Sequence record: NZ_CP024182.1
Length of the DNA: 60,481 bases
Source: a plasmid
Direction: 5' to 3' (one strand)
A program made the position numbers and the translations under genes. Under the pieces are notes generated by a model, which was not told where the DNA came from, ran no database searches, and saw nothing but the letters and a program-made list of their open reading frames with translations. Below are positions 29,277 through 38,666 of this stretch, one piece after another (within the stretch, counting starts at the first letter, position 1; every line of letters starts with the position of its first letter).

Positions 29277-29711
29277 CTATATGGTCCGAATTCTGTGCTG
29301 ACCCCTAATATAATCCATATATATAAAGTCTATTACGTCTTGGTCAAACTTATCTTGAATTCTTTTTTTTACTCTCTTTACCTGTTCATCAGTTTTATTC
29401 TTTGTATCATGGCCTTGAGATGTTGTATAACTTAGAATCACAGTATTTTCATTAGAAATGTCATTTAGATCAAATATAGGAGAAAAACAGCCCCCGATGA
29501 TTTCGTATGAACCGTCTTTAAATATGACAGAAATATTATGGATAGGTATCTCAACTCTGCTGCCAAAATAGTTGGATAAGTTTTTCAGGTAAGTACTCTT
29601 ATCACTACTAATATAGGCTTCCATCAGTACTTGATAAAGCCTTCTGGCTAAAGGATGAAATTTTACAGTAGAGCTGCTATTTAAACTAATTGTTTTGGCA
29701 GATAGCTTCAT
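29277..29711 (-). pseudogene. Hypothetical ORF interrupted by the Tn3-family insertion
   Basis: 144-aa ORF whose last 10 codons (…IRGQHRIRTI*) are encoded by the transposon IR. If the element (25325-29305) and one TAATA copy are removed, the reading frame continues about 32 codons into 25213-25319 (…DYIRAISILSLSKPGVMYSEIRELSQAKSKYIVNPKL*). Confidence 0.4.
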
Positions 29712-29765
29712 AATATTGGTCCTTGATTAGACTTGATTCTCTTTCCTATCATAATGAATACATAG

Positions 29766-31161
29766 TGAACCGTCCCGGGATTGTCGGAGACCTAAAACTC
29801 TGAGACAATACTCTTATGAAAAGCAAACAATACAGGGCAGAAGTTAAGACACGAGCCATCGAGTTACTAATTGAATCACAAAAAGATTATCCCTCAATGT
29901 GGGCGGCCATCCAAGCCATCGCCCCCAAATTCGGGTGTACCCCTGAAACCCTACGCTCATGGCATCAAAAGCACCTACCTAAGCAAAATCCTGTGACCGT
30001 TACTACTCAAAGCCAAGCTGCTCGTATCGCTGAACTTGAGCGAGAAAACCGAGAACTCAAACAAGCGAACGAAATCATTCGCAAGGCAGCCGGTATTGAA
30101 GCCCAGGCGGAGCTCGGCCGCCCACACAAGTGATGGTCAAATTCATCGACGATGAAAAAGAAAAATATGGGGTCGAGCCGATTTGTAGAATACTGCCAAT
30201 CGCCCCATCCACCTACTATCGCATCAAAGATGAGCAGGATAACCCAGAGAAGCAATGCCGACGTAAACAAAGCGACAAACACCTCATGGCACAAATCAAA
30301 CAGATTTGGCAAGCCAGTGGCTGTCGTTACGGCATTCGTAAAGTCTGGCACAAGCTTAAGCAAGATGGCATGCCAAAGCTTGGTCGCTGTACCGTTGAAC
30401 GCCTGATGAAACAGCTTGGCATACAAGGCGTATGGCGAGGCAAAGGCAAAATTACCACCAAACAGCGACCAGGACAACAAAGTCCCGATGATTTGGTCAA
30501 ACGCAACTTTAGCGCAGATGCCCCAAACAAGAAAAGACTCTTGCGGAGCAGTGCTCCTCAGGTGGCTGACTTTACCTACATTAAAACTAAATCGGGTTGG
30601 GTCTATACTGCCTTTGTGATTGACGTATTTAAGCGAGTTATTGTGGGTTGGAAAGTATCGAATCATATGGACACTCAGCTAGTCCTAGATGCCCTAAATC
30701 AAGCCTTAGACGCTAGAGGTAGACCAAGCGGGGTAATTCATCATTCTGATAAAGGTAGTCAGTATCTATCGATTAAGTACGGTGAACGGCTTAAACAATC
30801 GGGGCTTGCTGCATCAGTCGGCACGACAGGTGATTCCACTTCGGGCATAGCCCTACGTCTTGCACTCGGGCAAAGCAGTGCTTCGCTATTTCCTCGCTCA
30901 GATAACGCCCTAGCAGAGAGTGTGAATGGGCTGTATAAAGCGGAGGTGATTGATTATTTGAAACAGGAATGGGATGGCGTAAATGATGTTGCGCTAGCAA
31001 CCCTTGATTGGGTACACTGGTACAACCATGAACGATTGCATTCTACCAATGGATATGTATCGCCTGTTGATGCGGAAAATATCTACTATTGTTCATTAAT
31101 TCCGTCAGGCTATGCTGCCTGACTCAAGCAAACTTGTCTCCGATAAAACCAGGACGGTTCA
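29766..31161 (+). mobile_element. IS3-family insertion sequence, copy 2 (intact OrfA/OrfB)
   Basis: It has the same ends as copy 1. OrfA at 29816-30133 (105 aa, HTH plus leucine zipper) ends in TGA and overlaps the OrfB start (GTG/ATG at 30130-30135, −1 frame). OrfB at 30130-31122 is 330 aa. Confidence 0.88.
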
Positions 31162-31370
31162 GTTTTAAAACTAGATAGCTCTGAAGATATTTAGGAAAAC
31201 CTTAATCCTAGTTAATCTAATTTTTCTTTAGCATTAAGTCGACTGTAAATTCTCGTTGTAATCTCATTTTGGAAATTTTCAATTTCTTCAATTAGTTGAT
31301 GTAATCTTCCTAATTGGATTATTGAATTATTTTTGATCATCATATAATTTCAATCTTAATTTGAAATGAT

Positions 31371-32150
31371 TTAATCAAGACTGATGTGTGTGGTTTTCAT
31401 GGGAATATTAACGTTCGTCCTTTTATATATATTTTTAGGTTTTGATGGGTTTTCAACATCTTTTAAACTGACCTTTTCAAAGATACCTTCATTTGCATTC
31501 AAATCCAGAAAGCCATTGATATATTTTATCGGCACAAAATCTAGCTCGCCAGTTTGCAGTTCTTCAGGCGTTACAATCGGTTTTTCGCCTACACTCTCTA
31601 TCAAGTAAGGATGGATAATATCCATGATTTTCAAGCTTGTATCAAAGACGTAATTAATTTCTCTATAGTACGTTTCTAGCTCGGTTTGGTTTTGATTAAA
31701 GACAAACAAGCTGTCATTACTCTCTGATGTTTTCTTCCTGCCTAATGTGATAAAACTCGCACCTATAAAAGCAACAATAATTGCTAAAATATAGTTTGAC
31801 CCCATCCCTATTAATACAATAGTACCTATGACACCAATAATAAGCCAATTTTTTTTAGCTTTACTGGTAACTTCTTTTTCACGTGCCACTAACTCATCAA
31901 AGCTATTTGCTTGAAGTACCTTTATCACATCGTTATTAGCACTTAGCCCAAGAATATAACCTTTACTTTTTTTGAAATTTTCAATGTAACTATTAGATTT
32001 CTTTACTAAAGCTTCGATTTCTTTGTCTTTTTCAAGTATAAACTGCCTATCTAATTCACTTATTGACATTGCTATATCCTTAATTTTCTTGGGGTGGCTG
32101 TATATTATAAGCAGGTAATTGTGTGCTAATCGTCTGAAGAGCATTGTCAT
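31371..32150 (-). CDS. Membrane protein with two central TM helices (about 233-259 aa), gene 4 of the AAA+ operon
   Basis: The likely start is the internal MSISELDRQ… at about 32069, because the upstream portion overlaps gene 3. It has a coiled-coil-like N-terminus, then TM helices WLIIGVIGTIVLIGMG and ILAIIVAFIGASFITLG, then a C-terminal domain. Confidence 0.5.
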   Translation of the reverse strand: MTMLFRRLAHNYLLIIYSHPKKIKDIAMSISELDRQFILEKDKEIEALVKKSNSYIENFKKSKGYILGLSANNDVIKVLQANSFDELVAREKEVTSKAKKNWLIIGVIGTIVLIGMGSNYILAIIVAFIGASFITLGRKKTSESNDSLFVFNQNQTELETYYREINYVFDTSLKIMDIIHPYLIESVGEKPIVTPEELQTGELDFVPIKYINGFLDLNANEGIFEKVSLKDVENPSKPKNIYKRTNVNIPMKTTHISLD

Positions 32151-32472
32151 TAAACAAGGCTTTATTCACGATTCGAGTGCTACTCTTCTTAATAAACTCT
32201 TGATTCGTATTTATAAAATAAAAATCCCAACTGACTAATACATCCTTGGTTTTATCATCAATTGAGAGTTTTAGTTCTCCCCCAGTCGGTGTTAGCTGCT
32301 CTTTTTGAGATATATTAAGAATTTCTTTATCGATGACAGGCGATATTTTTTGGATAAATTCACCAGTTTCTTGGGGCCTGGTCGCCGATAGTACTTCCGT
32401 GAAAATATCTTGGATAATATTTTGGGTAACAGGGGTATTTAAAATCTTAAGAAACTTAAGTGGTGTTAACAT
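32080..32472 (-). CDS. Hypothetical soluble protein (130 aa), gene 3 of the AAA+ operon
   Basis: It lies 22 bp downstream of gene 2 on the same strand. No motif recognised. Confidence 0.5.
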   Translation of the reverse strand: MLTPLKFLKILNTPVTQNIIQDIFTEVLSATRPQETGEFIQKISPVIDKEILNISQKEQLTPTGGELKLSIDDKTKDVLVSWDFYFINTNQEFIKKSSTRIVNKALFNDNALQTISTQLPAYNIQPPQEN

Positions 32473-32494
32473 AATGATTCCTAAATAGTTATTT

Positions 32495-32854
32495 TTATAA
32501 AGTTAATTTCAATTCTTTCTGTAAATCATCGGTAATATCAACTTTTTGACCTGTTTGCAAACGATTTCTAATATGCTCAGGAATGTCATTCGCAGTAATG
32601 GTTTTGGTGACAATGGTCTCGCTCCACTCATTAGTTCCGACGTTATAAGAGTAATAATTGAGCATAGACATCATTTTGGTATCAATTTGTTGAGCGAATG
32701 CCACCACACCATGCAAATCATTTTTGATATCTTGTGGTAACGCATTCCAAGATTTGATAAAAAATTCACGTATATCCTTCCAAAAAATCACAACGGCTGC
32801 CCCAATCGCTGCCCCTGCTAACAACCAAAGACCAATACTAACTGGATCAATCAT
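32495..32854 (-). CDS. Small membrane-anchored protein (119 aa), gene 2 of the AAA+ operon
   Basis: Its start overlaps the ATPase stop (ATGA). It has an N-terminal TM helix SIGLWLLAGAAIGAAVVIFW followed by a soluble domain. No recognisable family. Confidence 0.55.
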   Translation of the reverse strand: MIDPVSIGLWLLAGAAIGAAVVIFWKDIREFFIKSWNALPQDIKNDLHGVVAFAQQIDTKMMSMLNYYSYNVGTNEWSETIVTKTITANDIPEHIRNRLQTGQKVDITDDLQKELKLTL

Positions 32855-33792
32855 CTTTTTAACTCCTGCATTTTTTCTTCGCTAATTTGTGATTTAACAT
32901 AATCTTCACTCACTATATGATTCGTAATTGTAGTTTCTGGATGATTGCTTTGCTTTTTGTTTGCTTGGCTACTGACTCTGATTTCGTTGATAGCTCGTTC
33001 AAAATGGGATAAATCAACATAAGGGCAATTTTCACGGGCAGCGGATAAGGCTGCTTTTAAAACACATGTTGCGATATCACTGCCGGATAGCCCTTCTGAT
33101 TTTTCAGCCAAGACCTGTGCCGTCATATTGGCAGACAACGGTAGGCGAGTAGGAATGTACTTTTGCCATAATTTTTGACGATTTTCCAAACTTGGTAGTT
33201 CAAACAAAATATGCGACAAGATACGTCGCATAAAGGCACTATCATAGTTTTCGATGAAATTCGTGGTAAATATGATCAAGCCTTCATGATTATTCATCAG
33301 GGTTAATAGTACAGAGCGAGTTTGATTAACACTCACATCCGTTGAGTTTGACATATTGCTGACACGACGACTGAGCATGGCATCTGCCTCATCAAAGAAA
33401 ATAATTGCTTTTTCCTCTTTAGCAATTTTAAATAGTTTGGTTATGTTCTTTGATGTTTCACCGACGTATTTGGATTCTATCTCTGAGTAGTTAACAGCAA
33501 TGATGGGCTTGTTTAAAGCATGCGCAATAGCATGAGCTGCCATTGTTTTACCTGTACCAGATAAACCGTAAAGATTAATGGCTATTTGACGTTGGTGAGC
33601 ATGAGTTTTGGATAGTCCCCAACCATTAAATATGAGCTCGGCGTGTGTTTGATAGGATAAAAAGTCTTGTATGCCGTGCAAGGTACTATCGGGTAAGATT
33701 AAATCATCAATTGTAAATTGAGGAACAATCATGTTGAATTGTTCTTCAACAGGGATTTCGCTTTTTATAATGGGTTGGGTATCTATAGGCAT
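32851..33792 (-). CDS. Classical-clade AAA+ ATPase (stand-alone, 313 aa), first gene of an uncharacterised 4-gene operon
   Basis: Motifs present: Walker A GLSGTGKT, VGETSKNITKLF, Walker B IIFFDEADAM, sensor-1 TTN, Arg-finger region SAFMRR and a sensor-2-like LSGSDI. There is no protease or other fused domain. A promoter-like AT-rich region lies upstream at 33793-33990. Confidence 0.8.
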   Translation of the reverse strand: MPIDTQPIIKSEIPVEEQFNMIVPQFTIDDLILPDSTLHGIQDFLSYQTHAELIFNGWGLSKTHAHQRQIAINLYGLSGTGKTMAAHAIAHALNKPIIAVNYSEIESKYVGETSKNITKLFKIAKEEKAIIFFDEADAMLSRRVSNMSNSTDVSVNQTRSVLLTLMNNHEGLIIFTTNFIENYDSAFMRRILSHILFELPSLENRQKLWQKYIPTRLPLSANMTAQVLAEKSEGLSGSDIATCVLKAALSAARENCPYVDLSHFERAINEIRVSSQANKKQSNHPETTITNHIVSEDYVKSQISEEKMQELKR

Positions 33793-33959
33793 GTTACTTG
33801 GACGAATGTTGTGTTAATTGAGTTTTCAATTCTAACAATAATTGTAAGAAATTAGCAAAAAAAATGCAGTATTTTTAATTTTTTAGTATTAATTATTAGC
33901 TTGATAAGCTTACCTATATAATACTCCCCGAAAACTAGACCAAAAAATTGTAGCAAATA

Positions 33960-34736
33960 AGATAGAATAGCCCTTAAGAAAAGAGGTCTATCTAATGACA
34001 AAAGTTCGTAAGCGTCATAATGCTGACTTTAAAAGCAAAGTTGCTGTTGAAGCAATTAAAGAGCAAAAAACGATCAATGAGCTGACTGCTGAATACGGTG
34101 TTCATGCAACCCAAATCAGCAACTGGAAAAAGCAAGCCTTGGCTGTTATACCAACCGCCTTTAACACCAAACAGCAAGACAACGAACAAGCCCAGCAAAC
34201 CACTATCGATGAACTTCATCGGCAATTAGGGCAAGTCATTAGTGAGAGAGACTGGCTTAAAAAAAAGTCCTCACAGCTACTCTAAATGCTCGTAAACAAC
34301 TGCTAGAGCCTGACAATAAGGATTTTAGTACTCGTAAGCAATGTGAACTACTTGGTATTAACCGCTCAAGTCTGTATTATCAGCCAAAGCCCATCAGTGA
34401 ACTTGATGTTACCTTGATGAACCTGCTTGACGAACAGTACACCACAACCCCATTTTACGGGGTCAAACGCATGACAGCTCACCTTAAGCAATTGGGTCAT
34501 CTAGTGGGACAAAAGCGAGTCAGGCGACTACTACGGCAAATGGGGCTAGATGCCATCTACCAGCGTCCTAACACGAGTAAACCTAATCCTGAGCATCAAG
34601 TTTATCCCTATTTGCTAAGGAATGTACCCATCACCCGCTGTAACCAAGTGTGGAGTACCGATATCACTTACATTCGCCTGTCTAAGGGCTTTGTGTATTT
34701 GATGGCGGTGATTGATTGGTATAGCCGTTATGTTTT
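33960..34736 (+). mobile_element. Truncated IS3-family (IS150-group-like) element
   Basis: OrfA at 33995-34285 (96 aa, MTKVRKRHNADFKSKVAVEAIKEQKTINELTAEYGVHATQISNWKKQ). The slippery site A AAA AAG at 34261-34268 is followed by OrfB in the −1 frame from 34261 (…QVWSTDITYIRLSKGFVYLMAVIDWYSRYVL), which is cut at 34736 by the IS5-family insertion. No OrfB continuation is found after 35611. Confidence 0.7.
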
Positions 34737-35611
34737 AGAACCTGTTCACGATTAAAAAATATGCTAGGATAAGCTACGTAATCAATTAATAACCGAATCA
34801 ATCACCATGAGAAAAGCCTATCCAAGCGACATTAGTCGAAAACAATTTGAGCACATACTACCTATTTTAGAAAGTGCAAGGAAGAAGACCAAGCCAAGAA
34901 CGGTTGACCTTTATGACGTATTTTGTGGGTTATTGTATGTACTAAGAACAGGTTGCCAATGGCGACAGCTGCCCCATGACTTTCCCAAATGGCGCACCGT
35001 CCACTCGTACTTTCAGAAATGGAGCGAGCTTGACGAAGAAGGCAACAGCATTCTTAACCAAGCCTTAAAAAAAATTGGTCAAAAAAGCGCGAAAGAAGGA
35101 CAAACGTAAGGGTAAAACCAGTTTTATCATCATCGATGCTCAAAGCGTTAAGAACACAGATACCGCTAAACACAAAGGCTATGACGCAGGAAAGAAAGTA
35201 TCAGGGATTAAGCGCCATATTGCAGTAGACAGCCAAGGCTTGCCCCATGCTATCTGTATTACCACTGCCAATATCACCGACCGTGAGGGTGCTACAACGT
35301 TACTTCGTCAACATGCTAAACGCTTAAGCCGCGTAAAAAATGTGATGGTTGATGGCGGTTATCGAGGTGAGCCATTTGCTAATAGTGTTAAATCTATTTT
35401 AGGCGAAACCGTTACCACAGAAGTTGCCAAAAGAGATGAATTGCACACGTTTAAAGTCATACTAAAGCGATGGGTTGTAGAACGTTCGTTTGCTTGGCTT
35501 GAGAAAAATAGACGCTTATGGAAAAACTGTGAGCGTCATTTAAATTCGAGCCTTCAATTTACCAATTTCGCTTTCATCGCTTTGTTATTGAAAAGATTGT
35601 GAACAGGTTCT
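34737..35611 (+). mobile_element. IS5-family (IS427-group-like) insertion sequence with two-frame transposase
   Basis: Terminal IRs agaacctgttcac … gtgaacaggttct. ORF1 at 34807-35109 (MRKAYPSDISRKQFEHILPILE…GCQWRQLP) and ORF2 at 35075-35602 (DDE region …MVDGGYRGEPF…ERSFAWLEKNRRLWKNCE) overlap by 35 bp in different frames, the known frameshift arrangement of this group. Confidence 0.8.
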
Positions 35612-35650
35612 TATAAAGCGACTACTTAACCCATTAGTAATCGCTGATTT

Positions 35651-36343
35651 TTATTGAGCCAACATCCACGCCACCGCTGAATCAATATGTAAAAGTGTGG
35701 TGTCAAACACAGGTAGGGGGCTATTTTCTTCATTGATAAGCAGTCCGATTTCAGTACACCCCAAAATTACGGCTTGTGCACCCTGCGCTTTGAGTGTCTC
35801 AATGATTTGAATATATTGCTCGGCAGCGCTCCGTTTAATGTTGTTTAAACACAACTCATCATAAATAATGCGATGCACGATTTACTGATCAGATTCGTTA
35901 GGAATAATCGTTTGGATACCATATTTGGCTAAAGTTGTTTGGTAAAAGCCATCCGTCATACTAAAACTAGTCCCTAACAATCCTACTTTGTCCAAGCCTT
36001 GTTTAGCAATGGCTTGAGCCGTGATGTCAATCAAATGTAAAAATGGTACATCTATCGCATCTGTGATGAACTCAGCGACTTTGTGCATGGTATTGGTGGC
36101 AAGTAAGATTCCATCAACGCCTGCGAGTACTAAGCGTTTTGCAGCATCCGCTAACATCTCACCTGCTTGTTGCCAGTTGCCTTGTTTTTGTAGTTGAGCA
36201 ATTTCTTCAAAGTCGAGATTATAAATCACTAGCCTAGCCCCATGATTAGCGCCAAGACGTTGATTGATTTGTTCATTGATTTTTTGGTAGTAGCTGATTG
36301 AACTTGCGGTACTCATGCCGCCAATGATGCCGAGTAGTTTCAT
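35651..36343 (-). pseudogene. Aspartate/glutamate racemase-family gene, frameshifted
   Basis: Two adjacent minus-strand ORFs (153 aa at 35882-36343 and 75 aa at 35651-35878) in different frames together cover an Asp/Glu racemase. The first half reads MKLLGIIGGMS…ILLATNTMH and the second reads …VILGCTEIGLL. Confidence 0.6.
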
Positions 36344-36562
36344 ATGATGATGCCTATGATTAGTTCCTATTTTAATTGGCTACTATAGGGTAATTTAATA
36401 GTTAATGCCCAATACAGTTGTTTTTTAAATTTCAAAATTGTGTGGGTGATTTAAACATCACAATTATTTGCCGAAAACCACTAGCAAAGAATCCTGTCCG
36501 AAACTCGAAGGCATCACCACTAAAATTTCGATAGCATGGTTTAACCCAATAAGGAGATAACC

Positions 36563-38236
36563 ATGCTAACCAATCCCCAAACTAAATATCAACGATTCAC
36601 AGTTGAGCCCTTTTCCACTCGCACCTGGTGTAACAATCAGCTTACTACTGCCCCACGTTGGTGCTCATCTGACTTAAGAGATGGCAACCAAGCGTTAATT
36701 AACCCTATGGATACGGACAAGAAGTTGTATCTATTCAATCATTTGGTGGCGATTGGCTTTAAAGAAATTGAAGTGGCTTTCCCTTCAGCATCGGATACCG
36801 ATTTTAACTTTGTGCGTCAATTAATCGATGACAAGCTTATTCCTAACGATGTATGGATTCAAGTCATTACCCAATCACGTCCTGAACTTATTGCTAAGAC
36901 CTTTGACGCATTACAAGGCGCATCCAAAGCGATTGTCCATTTATACAATGCCACTGCCCCCGTCTTTCGTGAGGTGGTATTTAACCAAGACAAAGCCAGT
37001 ACCATAGAATTAGCAGTAAATGGGGCAAAGTTGGTTAAACAGCATTGTGAGCAAAATCCCAACACCCAATGGCAATTTGAGTATTCACCAGAAACTTTTT
37101 GCTTTACTGAGCGAGAATTTGCCCTAGAGATTTGTGAAGCGGTTAAAGATGTCTGGCAACCAACAGCAGATCGGCCCATGATTATCAATCTACCTGCCAC
37201 GGTTGAGATGAATACACCCAATGTATATGCCGATCAGATTGAATGGTTTATGCAAAATTTTTCGGATTTATCGCATATTACGATTAGTATTCATCCGCAT
37301 AATGACAGGGGCACCGGGGTAGCCTGCGCTGAACTTGCCATGCTTGCTGGGGCAACCCGAGTCGAAGGCTGTTTATTTGGCAATGGTGAACGCACCGGTA
37401 ATGTTGACTTGGTAACACTGGCGTTAAATCTATATACCCAGGGCATTTATCCCAACTTAGATTTTTCAAACCTTCAACAAACGGCTAATGTAATGACCTA
37501 TTGCAATGAGCTGCCGATTCATCCACGACATCCATATGCCGGTGAACTCGTATTTACTGCCTTTAGTGGCTCTCACCAAGATGCGATTAAAAAGGGTTTC
37601 GCTAAACGTCAAGAAAATCCAAATAGTATTTGGAATGTGCCGTACTTTACCATTGATCCTAAAGATATTGGTGCAACCTATGAAGCAGTCATACGGGTCA
37701 ATAGCCAATCTGGTAAAAGCGGTGCAGCATGGCTGCTTGAAACTCATCATGGCATCAAATTACCCCGTGCGTTTCAGCTGGACTTTAGCCAACAGGTTAA
37801 AGACTTTACCCACCAGTATGAAAAAGAAGCCAGTATGGCTGAGATTTGGCAGTTGTTTAAAGAACGTTATGGCTTAAACTTACCTCAGCAAACAGGCTAT
37901 CAAGTACAAGGCTTTACTGGGAAAAACAATGCCAGTGACTACCATTTAATGGTTGAATTTTCTAACCCCAATGAGTTAATAATTGACGGTATAGGCAATG
38001 GAATACTCTCTGCCTTTGTAAATGCGATTAACAGCCATTTCGATAGACGATTTAGCATTGAGCAGTATGATGAGCATAGTCTAGGTAAAGCCAGCGATAG
38101 CCAAGCGATTTGTTATGTGGTGCTAAAAGAAGATGATAAGCGGTTTTATGGGGTGGCGATTGGCGATGATGTCGCAAAAACGTCCATGCAGGCGGTTTTG
38201 AACGCTGGGATTGGAGCAGCGGATAGATTGCAATAA
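36563..38236 (+). CDS. leuA: 2-isopropylmalate synthase, long (557-aa) form
   Basis: Motifs LRDGNQALINPMD and HPHNDRGTGVA. The C-terminal LeuA allosteric/dimerisation region is present. The length matches the type-2 (actinobacterial-like) LeuA. Confidence 0.85.
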   Translation: MLTNPQTKYQRFTVEPFSTRTWCNNQLTTAPRWCSSDLRDGNQALINPMDTDKKLYLFNHLVAIGFKEIEVAFPSASDTDFNFVRQLIDDKLIPNDVWIQVITQSRPELIAKTFDALQGASKAIVHLYNATAPVFREVVFNQDKASTIELAVNGAKLVKQHCEQNPNTQWQFEYSPETFCFTEREFALEICEAVKDVWQPTADRPMIINLPATVEMNTPNVYADQIEWFMQNFSDLSHITISIHPHNDRGTGVACAELAMLAGATRVEGCLFGNGERTGNVDLVTLALNLYTQGIYPNLDFSNLQQTANVMTYCNELPIHPRHPYAGELVFTAFSGSHQDAIKKGFAKRQENPNSIWNVPYFTIDPKDIGATYEAVIRVNSQSGKSGAAWLLETHHGIKLPRAFQLDFSQQVKDFTHQYEKEASMAEIWQLFKERYGLNLPQQTGYQVQGFTGKNNASDYHLMVEFSNPNELIIDGIGNGILSAFVNAINSHFDRRFSIEQYDEHSLGKASDSQAICYVVLKEDDKRFYGVAIGDDVAKTSMQAVLNAGIGAADRLQ

Positions 38237-38240
38237 GCTG

Positions 38241-38660
38241 TTAACGCAGGTTTAGGTGCTGGATAAAATCGTTCTTATTTTCAGGTGATACCAAAATATG
38301 CTCGATTTTATTCGGCTTTACTTGATAACTGATATCCAATCTGTCTAGGGACAAGGCAGGCGACGCTATTAAACGATGGCTAGGCTTAACATCAATAATG
38401 GTATTGCGAGGAATGACAGTATTAGAGAAGCCACTATGTATGATTAAATCCATTTGGGTCAATTGATAGGATGTTTTAAACACAGGCAACCACATTAATA
38501 CCAGAGCAAATACTGTTGGAAAAAATAGCACAAAATAACTTTGAACTAATGGTATATGCTTGTGTCGATGATAAATGAAGGGAGACATCAACAATGCTAT
38601 ACTGCCCATAACAAATATGATGATGAGCCAGTTATCAATTTTAGAATAGAAAGTAAACAT
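38241..38660 (-). CDS. Small membrane protein (139 aa), unknown function
   Basis: It has two N-terminal TM helices (LIIIFVMGSIALLM and FVLFFPTVFALVLMWL) followed by a soluble C-terminus. Confidence 0.45.
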   Translation of the reverse strand: MFTFYSKIDNWLIIIFVMGSIALLMSPFIYHRHKHIPLVQSYFVLFFPTVFALVLMWLPVFKTSYQLTQMDLIIHSGFSNTVIPRNTIIDVKPSHRLIASPALSLDRLDISYQVKPNKIEHILVSPENKNDFIQHLNLR

Positions 38661-38666
38661 AAATCA

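Larger units (their letters stand above)
25325..29305 (-). mobile_element. Intact minimal Tn3-family transposon (IR-tnpA-tnpR-res-IR, Tn21-like gene order, no passenger genes)
   Basis: Identical 38-bp IRs ggggtcagcacagaattcggaccatatagggcggtaag lie at 25325-25362 and, inverted, at 29268-29305. The element is flanked by a direct 5-bp repeat TAATA (25320-25324 and 29306-29310). It contains a 985-aa transposase and a 203-aa resolvase. Confidence 0.88.

Noticed and set aside
36344-36562. Possible leucine leader peptide/attenuator upstream of leuA
   Set aside because: The only small ORF (MPNTVVF*) lacks Leu codons and there is no terminator/antiterminator pair, so I make no attenuator call.
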